From NCBI RefSeq assembly GCF_009914755.1, contig NC_060926.1: a stretch of 64,000 nucleotides of DNA; one strand, written 5' to 3'. Positions 15,436 through 28,669 of this stretch are shown in pieces (positions within the stretch are counted from its first letter, which is position 1; each line of letters begins with the position of its first letter). Both the position numbers and the translations under genes were made by a program. Under the pieces are notes generated by a model. That model was not told the DNA's origin, did no database searches, and saw only the letters and a list, made by a program, of their open reading frames with translations. The stretch is from the human T2T-CHM13v2.0 reference genome, Homo sapiens.

Positions 15436-16155
15436 ATATCCATTTTCTGTTGCTATAACAGAATACCTGAGACTGGGTAATTTATTTTAAAAAGAGGTTT
15501 ATTGGCTAGGCGCGGTGGCTCACATCTGTAATCCCAGCACTTTGGGAGGCTGAGGCAGGCAGATCACCTGAGGTCAGGAGTTCGAGACTAGCCTGACCAA
15601 TATGATGAAACTCTGGCTCTACTAAAAATACAAAAATTAGCTGGGCGTGGTGGCATGCACCTATAATGCTGGCTACTCAGGAGGCTGAGACAGGAGAATC
15701 GCTTGAACGTGGGAGGCGGAGGTTGCAGTGAGCCAAGATCAGATTGTGCCATTGCACTCTAGCCTGGGCAACAAGAGCGAAACTCCATCTCAAAAAAAAA
15801 AAAAAAAGTTTATTTTGGCTGGGAGGTCCGGGATCAGATGGCCACATCTGGTCTGTTCTGAGGGTTGCGTGCTGTCATAACATGACAGAGAAGCAGAAGG
15901 GGAAGTGGGTGCATGTAAAAGGGATAGAACTCCAGGGGCAGCCTCACTTTATACCAACCCATTTGTGGTAATTAATCTAGTACTGTGATAGTGAGAACTC
16001 ACTCGCTCCCTTGAGAATTAACCTTGTCCCTGGAATGTGACATTAATCCTTCTAAATGACCTAATCACCTCTTAAAGGTCCTGTCTCTCAAAATCACCAT
16101 ACCAGGGACCAAATTTTCAACACATGAATTCTAGGGGACAAACTCAAACCATTGC
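15436..16155 (-). mobile_element. MaLR LTR (MST-type) interrupted by a sense AluS at ~15504-15807
   Basis: ccattttctgttgctataacagaatacctgagactgggtaattt...ttcaacacatgaatt..ggggaca..ctcaaaccattgca. Full Alu inside. Confidence 0.85.
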
Positions 16156-17055
16156 ACATATTTTTCTAATATATGTTGTATATAAATGTAACGAGAATAA
16201 ACTTCTCTAGTGAATTTATTGATAGGTATAGAAGTTTCCTCCAGTATTAGCTTTTGTTTGCTACTTATGTTAAGATGCCAGAGTAGTTGATATTGTTATT
16301 GCTTGTTTTGTCAAATTGCTTTCCCAACAGATATCTTTCTACCATGTTAGCAGCAATAAGTATTTCTTGTCTTTATTTTTTATCATTGGATTTTATTTTG
16401 GGGGTTGTTTGCCCATGGCATGTCATTATAATTTCCCATTTTCTTTTTTTATTTTAACTGAACATGTTGATCATTTGTCTGTTTTTACTCATAAGTTATA
16501 TTTTTTATTGGAGGGGGATTATCTAATCATGCCTTTTGTACCACAGTTTAACAGCTTTGGAACTTGGGGAAGTTGTATTTACTCTTTAATGCCTACATGA
16601 TAGAATTAGTATGAGGTTAAAATGAGATAGTTTTCTAAAGTTCTCTGAGTACTTTGGCAATGAAAATATTAGCAATCCTTTATCAGTTTGCTATAAATAA
16701 TTGTTACCATCTTCGTTCCCCTTTTATGGCATTATAATACAAAATTATATTTTAAGTAATATTTAGCCAAATATGTCACTTTCCAGTCACAATTTAAATA
16801 TAAGAATAAAAGGCATAACAAAATGATATAGATATATGCATGAGTTAATGTGGCAATAATATAAACTAAAAAAATATCGTGATAGCCTGAAAGTGAAAAG
16901 TATTTTCAATCAAATGTTTCTTTGTATTTTCATATTTATTATATGCTCTTTAAACCAGTTTGCCTAAGGTCAGGTTGTTTTCTAAAAGTGCTGTGTCACA
17001 TGTGAAGTCTTTTTTCTCAACCAAGTCATTGGTATGAAAACAGTTACCAAGTTAA

Positions 17056-17186
17056 CCCATTTATGCCTAGTGCTCCATTATTGGCTTGCTAAGCTTATGG
17101 GAGTTATTTATATCCTACTGCTCAAGGTCATTGCCAAGGCCTGATTTTTCACACAAAAAACGTTTGCTACCTCTGGCATAAATGGG
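17056..17186 (+). mobile_element. MER85 piggyBac (PGBD3-derived) MITE
   Basis: TTAA TSDs (17052-17055, 17187-17190). 12-bp perfect TIRs cccatttatgcc/ggcataaatggg. Internal gggagttatttatatcctactgctcaaggtca is typical of MER85. Confidence 0.93.
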
Positions 17187-17280
17187 TTAATAGATGAGGA
17201 CAAAAGTCAACCAGGTTAAAAAATGTGAAGAATGTAACCTATCAAAGTTGATTTCATTCAATTTTTTTTTTTTTTTACAG

Positions 17281-17388
17281 AAACATGATCAGGGGCAAGT
17301 CTTGTTGGATGTCGTCTTCAAGCATCTAGATTTGACTGAGCAGGACTATTTTGGTTTACAGTTGGCTGATGATTCCACAGATAACCCA
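17281..17388 (+). CDS. PTPN4: PTPN4 coding exon (probably exon 3), FERM N-lobe: [36 protein letters not shown]
   Basis: Poly-T tract + acag acceptor ending 17280, gtaagt donor at 17389. 108 nt, phase 0/0. Peptide recognised as PTPN4 FERM. Confidence 0.96.
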
Positions 17389-18682
17389 GTAAGTGTAAGA
17401 TTTTGTCTTTCATTTTCATTTAGTTTTTCCTCTCAGTTTAGTGTAGAAAGTCCTTTCTGATTTACAGTGTTCACTGATTTGATGAGTTTTTTTTTTACTT
17501 GACTTAAATAGAGGTAATTCTTTTGCTTTTGTTCCTCTTTTCTTGACATTTTAATCTTTCAGAAGTTATTAGCTTTAAGGTTTTCATAATTATGTCAGGT
17601 AATGTCACTTTCATTAATTATGTGTCTCAGACAACTAAAAAGTAAATCCAATTTATGCCTGTTGACTGAAAGAGAGGAAATTGGGCATAAAGGTTAAAAT
17701 ACCTTCAGATGTATATAAATTAGTCTGCACTAAAGTAAAATTAGTTTTTTATTGTATTTATAGAGAGCTATTTCTAATAAAAATTCTTAATTTATTCAAT
17801 GTCAAATTTCCAAATTTCATCAGAGACCCTCACAAATAAGATAGAGATTAAATTTCAGAGCTGTACAATTATTTGGCATTAAATTTCTTGGATTTTTACT
17901 TATTCTTCAGTAATTGCAATTGTGGTTCTTTTAATTAGATAGATCACATCATAGAAATAGAAGATAGCATGTGATGAATAATAGAAATGTTTACTTTGAC
18001 AATTAAGTGTTATAAAATGCACTAAAGGATATACCTTACTCTGAACCGAGATAAAGGGTATACAAGCAAATTCTGATTGAATTCTTTGTAAATTTATATG
18101 CTTATACAGTGAGGGACTTCTGCAATAAAGTATATTCTTTTGATTAGTGTAAGAGGATCTCCATTTTGAAGGGAATATTTTGTATACTTTTAGAAAGATT
18201 AGGAGGCTGAAGAAATGGTTCTGGATTAATGTTTTAGAAATCTGTTTATAAGGCTATATTAATAGAAGGGCTATAGAAAATACAAATAATGTTTATGAGA
18301 AAAGTTGGTTTGTTTTTTTCTTCCTCTCTCTCATGGTTGGGATCTTCATTCTCTGAATGAATAGCTAGTGGGAATTATATATCAAACGTTAAATACTACC
18401 ACTTATTTTTTTGACATCATTTACTGATTTTGTATTACAAACCAGTCATGGAAAAATACGAGGATGACACAAAGAAAAACAAACCAAGGGCCAGCTAGTT
18501 TCAGTGAAAATAAATGCTTTTATACTGAACTAAAATTAAAATAAACTTTCCTCATACTTTGATGCCTTCACTAGACCACTTGAGCTTCTTCAGGGGCCTA
18601 GAGTTATACTGTTGTTTCCTGATAAATAAACCCATGTAAAAATGGAAGTGAGTAGAAATGTCAGTAATGCAGCCTTTCCCAG

Positions 18683-19131
18683 GTTGAACCTAAAATAATC
18701 AAAAGGGTCAGAATGTAGTTTAAAGAGAGTTTATTCAAGTGCAAAGGTTGAGGACCTCAGCCCAGGATACACTTGCAAGTTGCCTTGGAGAGTGCTCTGG
18801 AGAACATAAGAAAGGTTCAAGTTTTTAAAGAATAAAGAGGATCACTCAGGAGAGTGAGTAAGTGCAAAAATTGTTCTTCAGGAATTCTCATTGACTTACA
18901 GAAATAACATTGGTTAGCGATTGGCTATACATGGTTGAACTATAGGGTGTATAACATTTTATGGCTACTTGGCTTCAGTCTGCAGCCCACATAGCAAGTA
19001 GCTTCAAGAGGTAACTATGTAGCTGAAGGGAGAGTGAGATGTGACTGCTGTTACTTTTTAAATGCCTTTCTTGCCCTGATCATTTAAAGGTGCTCCTATT
19101 CCTCAGATATAAGGTTTTTTTCCTTTCTTAC
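18683..19131 (-). mobile_element. ERV1 (MER4-group) solo LTR, subfamily uncertain
   Basis: gagagtttattcaag (minus AATAAA) near one end, attgg CCAAT boxes, and ...cctcagat....tttttttcctttct at the other end. Confidence 0.65.
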
Positions 19132-21154
19132 CAGAAAGGCAAATTGTGAGCCAAGCAAATACCTGAAAGGTGACTGTTATACCTCATTAAGTATACCTCG
19201 TGAAGAGAAAAAATAGATAATTCTTAGCTCTTGCTGACCCTCATAAGTCAGGCCCTGTAGCTGTAGGCTGGCATTAGATTGACGGGGTAAGTGACAAGAT
19301 GACAAAAGAGGAAGAGACCAGTGACTCACCACTGTAGTCACTACCATAAATATGAAAACAGTCCTTTTCAGGAAGTACTCCAGAAGGATTAATATCGAGA
19401 TCATGTATACTACAAGAGATAAAAATTCTATCACATAAATTTGTATACAAAAAGACATATCATATACAAAAAGATGTAGGGCTAATTACACCAGAATGAA
19501 TGTAGGGAAACAGGTATTTGGAGCTAGATTGATCTTTTTGCTGTCTCCTACTTTTTCTTTCTTTGTCTTTCTGTCTTGAGTATTCCTTCTCAAATAAGAT
19601 ACATTCCAAGTTCCAAGAGTCCAGTTGTTTATGATTCAAAGTAATTCTTCCAGAAAAGTTAGAATCATAGAATTTTAAAGGTCCAAAAGAGGCTTTAGAG
19701 ATTATCTAGCCTCACACTCTAATTTTTCATAAGACATTATCCCAATCCAAAGCTACTTCCTGGCATTAGTGAAACTAGGACCTGGATCTCCTAACTCCCC
19801 ATGCTAGTCTTGTCCACTGCACTGCAGTTTCATTATTTAAATATTTGGAAGAATTTCTGAGATGCCAAAATGTGTCCACAGAAAGATCTTTAGAGCACAA
19901 ATCTTATAAACAGTGTCCCATTTCTAGTTGTCAAGAGCACAAATCTTGTAAGTAGAGTTCCAATTCTAGTTGTCAATGTGAAATTAAGGCTTTGAGGATA
20001 ATTAACGGACTGAAGGAAAAAGATGCTATGCTTCAAGAGAAAGGAGTAGGGGAGTATCATTTATAAAACATCTGCTGTGAATTTGTTAATCAACTAAATA
20101 ATATTCCATTTTATTCTCACAATACTTTCCTCACTTATGATGAAAGTGTCATTAAAATCATTTTAAAGATGAAAAACTAATACTTATAGAAGTCAACTAA
20201 TTTGTTTAATGTCACGCAAATTAGTGAAGTAGCTGAGAAAGGACTTGAACTCAGATCTAACTTCAAAGCCTGTACTCTCTACCATATGATGTTGCTTCCC
20301 AAGTGATGATGATATAGATGCATAGGATTTACAGAGTAAATGAACATATTAAGGAGAGGAGGTAACCATATAATAAAATTACTATCAGTGATCCAAAGGA
20401 ATTTGCTAAGATTCTACAAGAATTAATTCTCACCTATCTTTAGCTCATAATTTTTAAATCTTAAAACTTATGTATGTTACATATACATATGCACATGTAT
20501 GTATATATTATGTGTATATGTGTATTTTTATATATTAGTTTTAGAGAATTAGAACTGTTGCCTTAGACATTGAAATTAATGTAATTGAGTTTATAATTGA
20601 TAAACTTAAAAGGCACCTAGCATTTTGTTTTTTTCTCCTAAGTATGAAATAACAAATACAGAATAATAGCTGACGGTCTTTTCCTTTAGAATCTTCCCTG
20701 GTAATGAGTTCCAGTGCAACAAAGAAAATTACTTGAAGCTTTGACTTTTCAGAATTTCTCCTGCTTTAATTTAAAGCCTGTTTATCACAGTTTTAGCTTT
20801 TAGCATAATATCTTGTTGTAGTAGTAATAGTAAATGTATGTTGAATAAATGAGGAAAATAATATTGTGGTTATAATTCATTATGCATTATTTCTTTAATT
20901 TTATGAGCAGTCAAAGGTGGCTTTTTCTTAGTGGTCTTTATCAGCATGCTATTTAACAGAGGCTTGAGATTATATTATTCCTGTGCATTTACTGTTTCTT
21001 TCCCTATTAAATTGAATTATACTGCTCTTAAGTAGGATAGAGGGTAGATTATTAATTATTGTTGGCCTGATCTTTCTGCAGGTTCATTCTTCTGGTAGTT
21101 TTTGTTGGTTTATGATATTTGACTGGTTTACTCCTCTTTGCATAGCTCCTAACC

Positions 21155-21350
21155 CTGTGGTTTTCAAACTGGAGCTTGCATGAGAAACAACTGGAAGGCT
21201 TCTTAAAATACAGATTTCTGGGACCTATGCCTAGAGATTTCTGAATCAGAAGGTCTACTTTGGAACTCAAGAAATTGCCTTTCAAATAAGTTTCCTTGTA
21301 TCACTAATGCTGCTAGTCCAAGGAACTATATTATGAAAATCACTACTCTA
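21155..21350. mobile_element. MER5-type hAT MITE
   Basis: gtggttttcaaact...cagatttctggg..c...ctagagatttctgaatcag...tgaaaatcact. Confidence 0.7.
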
Positions 21351-22254
21351 ACCCAGTATGCTGTTAATTAACACTACTAAGTTATGACATATTTTTCTTG
21401 GGGTAAGTTTATTTACCCTTTGAAGATTTCTTTTATATAACTCAATTCTTACATTATTTATTTCATTAGGTTTGAGTAAATATGGGAAAAGTCACATACA
21501 GGCTGACCGTTATTTCAACAAGCCATGTTTGAATACATGGTTGCTAAAATGCTTAAATCTATTTTATATGTTTCACTATTTCTCTCTTATCTATTCATAT
21601 GTTTCCACTGTAATATCTTAATTCAAGCTCTTATTTGCCTGTTGTGTAATCCTCTTTGGTAGCCTGCTAAATGCAATTTTTTGCTTCTTGTCTCGTTTAA
21701 CTCTGTTGTATTTTGAGAGGGAATGGCAAAGAGACCTGGGGTGCACAGAAGTGTTTAAGAAAGAAGCAGGAGCATATGCAGAGATCAAGAGTGAAGAAAC
21801 AGGAATGCTGAATTTGAAGAACTGGAAAAAAGTTTTAGTATTAAACCTTTATTTAATAAAAGGAGAAGGGGTAAAAGATGAGATTTGAGCATTACATGAT
21901 ATCATGAAAAGCCTTTTAATCCATGATAAAAATCAAACTTACCTATGAATTTATTTATATGACTAAACACAAGACTTGTATTTTACACATATCCCTGTGG
22001 TTATAGTGTAGCCAGCAACTAATAGACAGTTGGGAGATTGTTGGAATAAAGAAATTGCTAAGAAAGTAGTGGTTGGCTGTGGGGAATGAAGAAAAGAAGA
22101 TGAGTGCTAGAGATAATTCAGTTAGGAGATAAAGTCAACAGGACTGGTTGGTTTGATTCAGATACAGTGAGTTCATGAGGAAAAGGGGTAAATCAAGGTT
22201 ACTACTTCAAATTCTGCTTTTGGCAACTTGGTAAATAGAAAAAACATGCAAATA

Positions 22255-24110
22255 GTATTGTTGGTTTTCTTTTTTCATTTCAAATTGTTTATTTCTAGCA
22301 TATAGAAATACAGTTAAGTTTGTGTATTGATTTTGTATTCTGTACCCTTCCTGAACTCACTTAATTCTAGTAGCTTTTTGTAAATTCTATAGAATTTTGT
22401 ACCTAGATTATCATGTAGATATATGGTAAATTACATTGATTTTCAATTTTTAAACCAACTTTGTGTTTCTGGGATAAACCCCAAGATAACTAACTGATTG
22501 TATATTAACCTTGTATCTTGAGACCTTGCTAATACACATTACTGTTAGTAGTTGTTTTCATTGATTCCTTAGGATTTTCTGTGTAAATAATCATGTCTTT
22601 TGTAAATAGGGACAGTTTTACTTCCTCCTTACAAGTCTTTATCCTTTTTGTTTTTCTCATTTTTTAATTCATTATTGCACTGGCCGAAGCCAGCAGGGCA
22701 AAGATGAATAGAAGTGATAGGCGCAGACTACCTTGTCTTGTTCCTGATCTTAGAGGAAAATACCGAAGATACTGTTTCCCCATCAAGTATACTGTTGAGT
22801 TTTTCCCCTAAATCAATGTAACTGAGGCATAAATTACAGAGAATAAAATTCAGCAGCCATTCATAATGAAAACCCAACTAAACTTGGAAAAGAAAGGAAC
22901 CTTTTTACTCTGACAAAGGACATTTAATAAATATTTAAAGATGCATCCAGGAAATGCAAAGTAAAACCACAATGAAGTAGTACTTCCTCTAGAAGTAGTA
23001 TACCCACTAGTAGTATATCCAGTGAAGTAGTATATCCACTAGAATAATTAAAATTAAAAATTATTTCAATACCAAATGTTGACAAGGATGTGGAACAACT
23101 GATAAAATTGCTTGTGGTAATTTAAAATGATACAACCACTTTTTGAAAAATAGTTGGAAATTTTCTTGTAAAATTAAACATAGATTTAATATATACTGTT
23201 GGGAACAGGACCCCCCAAAATCTGGCCATAAACTGGCTCCAAAACTGGCCATAAACAAAATCTCTGCAGCACTGTGACATGTTCATGTTGGCCATAATGC
23301 CCACGTTGGAAGGTTGTGGGTTTACCGGAATGAGGGCAAGGAACACCTGGCCCACCCAGGGCGGAAAACCGCTTAAAGGCATTCTTAAGTCACAAACAAT
23401 AGCATGAGTGATCTGTGCCTTAAGGACATGCTCCTGCTGCAGTTAACTAACCCAACCTATTCCTTTAATTCGGCCCATCCCTTCGTTTCCCATAAGGGAT
23501 ACTTTTAGTTGATTTAATATCTATAGAAACAATGCTAATGACTGGCTTGCTGTTAATAAATACGTGGGTAAATCTCTGTTCGAGGCTCTCAGCTCTGAAG
23601 GCTGTGAGACCCCTGATTTCCCACTTCACACCTCTATATTTCTGTGTGTGTGTCTTTAATTCCTCTAGCACCACTGGGTTAGGGTCTCCCCGACTGAGCT
23701 GGTCTCGGCATATACCACTGAGAAATCCCACTTTTAGCTATTTATCCAAGAGAAATGAAAACATGTCTCATAAAGCCTTGTATACAAATGTTCACAGTAG
23801 TTTTATTCATAATAGCCCAAATGTGAATTAACTTTAATGTCCATCAATAAACAAAGGGATGAAAAGTAACTGCTGTGTATCTATAGAGTAGAACACTATA
23901 TGGTTCCATTTATATTAACTTACAGAACAAGCTAAACTGACACATAGTGACCAAAAGCAGATCAGTGGTTGCCTAGGATTTGGCAGACTGATTGCAAAGA
24001 AGCACAGGAAACACTTTAGGGTGATAGAAATATCTTGATTGTGGATGGTGGTGGTTACCTGGCTGTACACATTTGTCACAATTTAAACTGCATATTGCAA
24101 ATGGGTGCAG
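22255..24110. mobile_element. Old L1 fragments (antisense ORF2 piece ~22255-22800, sense pieces and 3' end ~22850-24110) split by MER9
   Basis: Recognisable L1M ORF2 and 3'UTR motifs. Orientation switches near 22800-22850. Confidence 0.65.
23197..23710 (+). mobile_element. MER9 solo LTR (HERV-K9 / HML-3)
   Basis: tgttgggaacagg..ccccaaaatctggccataaactgg...gagctggtctcggca, 514 bp. TSD tatac on both sides. AATAAA at 23555-23560. Confidence 0.92.
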
Positions 24111-26165
24111 TTAACCTGGCTGGACCCACAGTCTGTATTCTGTGTCCAATTTGGGAGCAGTATCTCTACTTATTTCTTAAAGGTTCAAACTCCTCTTTCT
24201 TGGGACTCTGGAGTCTAACTATACATGCATAGTTCAGCTGTCAGCCAGAGTTTGGAGCTAATCCTCTTTCTGAGTTCTCCTTTTCAGAATCTCCTCCTCA
24301 ATTTTCTGTTTTTCCCCCACCCCCATTCCTAAACTCTGTCCTCTGACACCTCAAGTTAGTAAGGATGTCCTCTGCCTGTGTAGGATTTGAACTTGCCCGT
24401 AGGCAAAGATTGCTAATATATATCTCAGCCCTTGCAGTTTTTGTTTTTCAAGAGTAGACTTTCCTCCTCTTTCTGCCTACTTTTGGTTGCTTTCCAGTGT
24501 CAAATAGTACACTCATGAACACACAGAGAATAAAAATGAATGCCATCAGCAGACAAGAAATTTTCAAGATTTTTTAAAAGATCGAATGTTGACATTCAGT
24601 GTTGACAGGATTGGTGGAAGAGTCAAACCAGAGGAAAACTTACCAAAAAGGTGTTGAAGAGGAAAGATTTCTGGGTAATGTAGTACGGGTATCAAAGTGA
24701 TTAACTGAGAAACTATTTGAGGCCACTTGGCCTCCTCTTTTCCCCATTTCTAATTGAACAGAGGGCAGCAGATACAGTTCCCTGCAGAATAAAGCTGTGT
24801 GTTAGGGTATGTTTGTTGGGGGAAGAACTCATTTTTCTTTAGCAATATGATTATCCACCTTGAAAGCTCAAATGAATCATTTGGAAAACTATTATAACTG
24901 GTAAGACTTAGAGCTCAACAAACATCAGTACCTTTTTATATACCATTTAGGAGACATACACCAAAAAATAGCAAATCACGTTTTTTTTAAAACCCAGATT
25001 CATTAAACATCTAGGAATAAACTTAAGCAGGAGTGTCAAGAGCCATATGAAGAAAATATAGAACTATGCAGGAAGATATAATAGAAATTATGAATAAATA
25101 GAGACACACCATGCTCATAATGAGGAATGCTCAGTATTGTAAAAGATGTCAGCACTATTTCAGTTTCATTGGTAAAACCAGTGGTATTGCTGGTTAGTAT
25201 CTGAATGGAATTTTTGGGGAGAAGATTTGACAATAGGATCCTCAACTTCCTCTGGAAGAGAATCTGGATAAACTTAGCCAGATATATAAAATATAATCAA
25301 CTCGTCCTAACAGGTATAAAAATGGAATATGATGACATAGTACTTAAAATAGTGTGTTCTTAGTATCGATATAAGTCAATGGGGTAGAAGAAACAGCCCA
25401 AGTATCAATTTTTGTCTATATGAAACATAGTTTATTATAATGATGGTATTCAAGATAGGTATTGGAACAATTGGTTAAAGATGAGAAAATATGTATTTAG
25501 ATTCCTAACAGATACCATATATAAAAATAAATTCCAATGTAAATTTAAATGTAAAACAATAGTATAGTTGGGTAAGAGTTGGAAACATTTTTAATAATAT
25601 TTGTTATGATCATCCTAGGCAACAATAGTTCCTGCATTTGTAAAGGAAATGTTGATAGATTTCACTGCATAACATACAGAGTATACACTGAGGACAAAAT
25701 ACCAACTGGAGGGAAATACTTGCAACATATGTAACATAATATTAAAATCTAGAAGAGCTTCTACAAATAATAAATAAAAGTCACATAACCCAATAGAAAA
25801 ATGGGAAGATAGCATGAACAGAAGAAGAGTAACTATTAATAACAAACGTGACAAGATATTCAGCTTCACTGGTTAATCAGAGAGATGCCAATTACAATGA
25901 TAACACTCTTTGCATACTAGATTAGCAAAAATACAGATTCACACTACCTGTTTCTGGCAAAGGCTCGGGAAATGTGCATTCTCAAGACAGTTGGTGAGAG
26001 TGTAAAGTGAAAAAGTGTTTTTGGAAGGCAGATGGCAGCATATATCAAAATTTAAAAATTATTGTATGGAAGAATTTCTCTTGCAACACTATTTTTAATA
26101 GGAAATAGTAATGGAAAAACCTGAAACCCTCATAAGAGAATAGTTGAATAAAGTATGTGACATCT

Positions 26166-26294
26166 GCTGGGCATGGTGGTGCATGCCTGCAGTCCCAGCT
26201 ACCGGGGAGGCTGAGGCAGGAGAACCACTTGCGCTCAGGAGTTCTGGACTATAGTGCACTATGCTGATTGGGTGTCTGCACTAAGTTCAGCATC
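26166..26294 (+). pseudogene. 3'-truncated 7SL (SRP RNA) retropseudogene
   Basis: Alu-domain start continues into the 7SL-specific S domain ggagttctggactatagtgcactatgctgattgggtgtctgcactaagttcagcatc, which Alu lacks. Confidence 0.92.
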
Positions 26295-27743
26295 TAACAT
26301 TATTAAATGCTTGTATGCAGGTGTACCACAGCATTATAAGGTATACTTGCTGGTATGTGAACAGAGGCTACCTCTTTGGATGGAAGAGTAGAATTGGAAG
26401 AGCCATAATAAAGGACTTTTATGTTTTTTTGCTCTGTATGTGTGTGAGAAAGAGAGAGAGAAAAAAAAAGCTTGAATGTTTTATATTGATACTGTTATTT
26501 TAGTAATAATTTTATTATAGAAAACAAAAGGATAAACGATCATTCATCTAAACTTGGCTATGCTTCCAAATTCCTTGGGAAACATAAAAAAATTGCTGAC
26601 ACCCTATGCCTACAGATTCATGGTTAGTTGGTCTATTCACCTAAATATCTGAAGAAAGTCCCTTTGCGAGTCTGATACTCATTGACTCATTCATAGTCAC
26701 CCATTTGGTTAAATCACCTGATTTTATAATAAAATGATGAAAGACTTGAGAGGTGAAAGGGGAGCTGTAGTGGGAAAATATTCAGACGAGGATTTATTGA
26801 ACCCCACTAGTTCTCCAGTATTGTTTTTAATTTTATTAAATTTTGTTTTAATTTTATTTAGCCATTGTTTTTGTTATTAATTTTATTTTATTTAGCGTAG
26901 TGAAAGGTAAAGTTGGGATCAAATCCAAGTTTTCCACACCTTTTCTTTCTACTGTTTTACTAAACCCTATGTTTTTTACTGGATCTAGTGACTCTCCAGA
27001 ATTACTTTATTTGGGAGATGCTCTTCCTCCCAAGTTTCTAACTTAATTTCTAGTAAGAAATAGGATTGATTTATAAGAGAAACAAAAGGTTAATATCACA
27101 ATGTATACAGCTACCATTAAGATGAGTAATGGCAGGTATTACAGCTAAAGATTTCTAAAAATGGATAGAAAATGGAATATTTTACAGATGAAATAGGCAG
27201 TACTTGATCTTTGCTATCTTGGGCATAAATACTTTCTCTTCCTGAAATATCTTACCTTTAACTCACATCCTTCACTCCCGTCACATCTTTTACCCTACCC
27301 CTCTTACCTTCACATTTTTTAAGACTCAGAGTAAAAGTCACTTTCCCTCTCAAGCCTTTCCTGACTACCACTACTCCCCAGGTACAGTTTACCTCTTTCT
27401 TTTTTATCTGTAGCAGTGATGATACTTTCTTGAGGTGATATGTTTCATGACTTACCAGTTTTTGAGGATAGGGACCATGTTTTGAACTTATATCACCCCA
27501 GTACCTGACACAGTGCCTTATAGAAAATAGGCTTCAAATAATGAATGAGTTAAGGGAAAAAAGTATACATCTAAAACTTGATACTGTGGAAAAGAATATA
27601 AGCTAGAATTTAATCTCCAAAGTGATACTGAAACAGATGAAGAAATAAATATATGGCTGTAATTTGTCCAAATTATATTTTCTTTAAGACCAAGGCTATT
27701 TACAATAGGAACCCTGAACAGTTTGGAGTTAAATTACTTTATT

Positions 27744-27969
27744 GATTGATTGAAACAAGGTCTTGCTCTGTCACCCAGACTGGAGTGCAGTGTGCAGTGG
27801 TGCGATCATGGCTTACAGCAGCCTCAGCCTCTCAGACTGAACCTCAACCTCCTAGCCTCCCGAGTAACCAGGACTATAGGCATGCACTACCACATCTGGC
27901 TAATTTTTTCTGGGTTTTTTTTTTTTGTTGTTGTTGTTGTTTTTTTTGTAGAGACGTGGTCTTGCCATG
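27744..27969 (-). mobile_element. Partial, diverged AluJ
   Basis: Antisense right arm, expanded linker and the start of the left arm. Confidence 0.85.
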
Positions 27970-28669
27970 TATCTTTCCCCTAATTTGCAGAAAGATACAG
28001 ATATGCAAATAGAAGAAGCTCACTGAACTCCAAGTACAATGAAAATGGTCGAAAGAGTTTTGAAAGCAGCAAGAGAAAGAGAAAAGTGACTTGTCACATA
28101 GAAGTGCACCTCAATGAAATAACCAGTGGATTTCTTAGTAGAAACCATGCAGATCTCAAATGTAGAAATTTTATTACTACGTTTTGGCAGATACAAAAAT
28201 TAACTTTGTCATGTGAAGCAGTATATAGAGTAAACAAGAGATTCTTCCCAGGGAAAAGAATGGGAAATTGGCTTTGAAAAGATTAGAAACCATGAGTCAT
28301 CAGGTAACCGATTAGCAATGTCTAATCGCTTTGAAAGGTTTGAAAAGATTAGAAACAGAGCTCCATCCCTAAGTAGACACTCCTTCATGAATGGGGTTGA
28401 TGATGTAGTACCGTCTCTTGTTAGCTATCAGTGTTAACTAGATAGTTATAGTTTCTAATAAAATATTATGACATTTAAAATTCATATATATTGTATTGCA
28501 GACAGTTCAGCTTTTCTCAGATGTAGCACAGTAATCCAGCTAGTACAGCAGTTCTTGGCAAAGAAAATGCAGTCTGTAACTAAATATAGGTAGTGATATA
28601 ACCCCAATGCTCATTTATATAAGAACAAAATTAAGGGTTTATCATATGTGATTTCAAGATGTATTAAAA

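Noticed and set aside
17194-17460. 88-aa ORF as a standalone gene
   Set aside because: Only the spliced 17281-17388 part is coding. The flanks are intron read-through.
22780-22930. L1 orientation switch as a twin-priming inversion
   Set aside because: The segment order does not clearly fit twin priming, and the sequence is too diverged to resolve by eye.
22972-23045. Repeated aagtagtata.ccactag units resembling a CRISPR-like array
   Set aside because: Short degenerate slippage repeat inside an L1 fragment, with no unique spacers and no cas genes, in a mammalian context.
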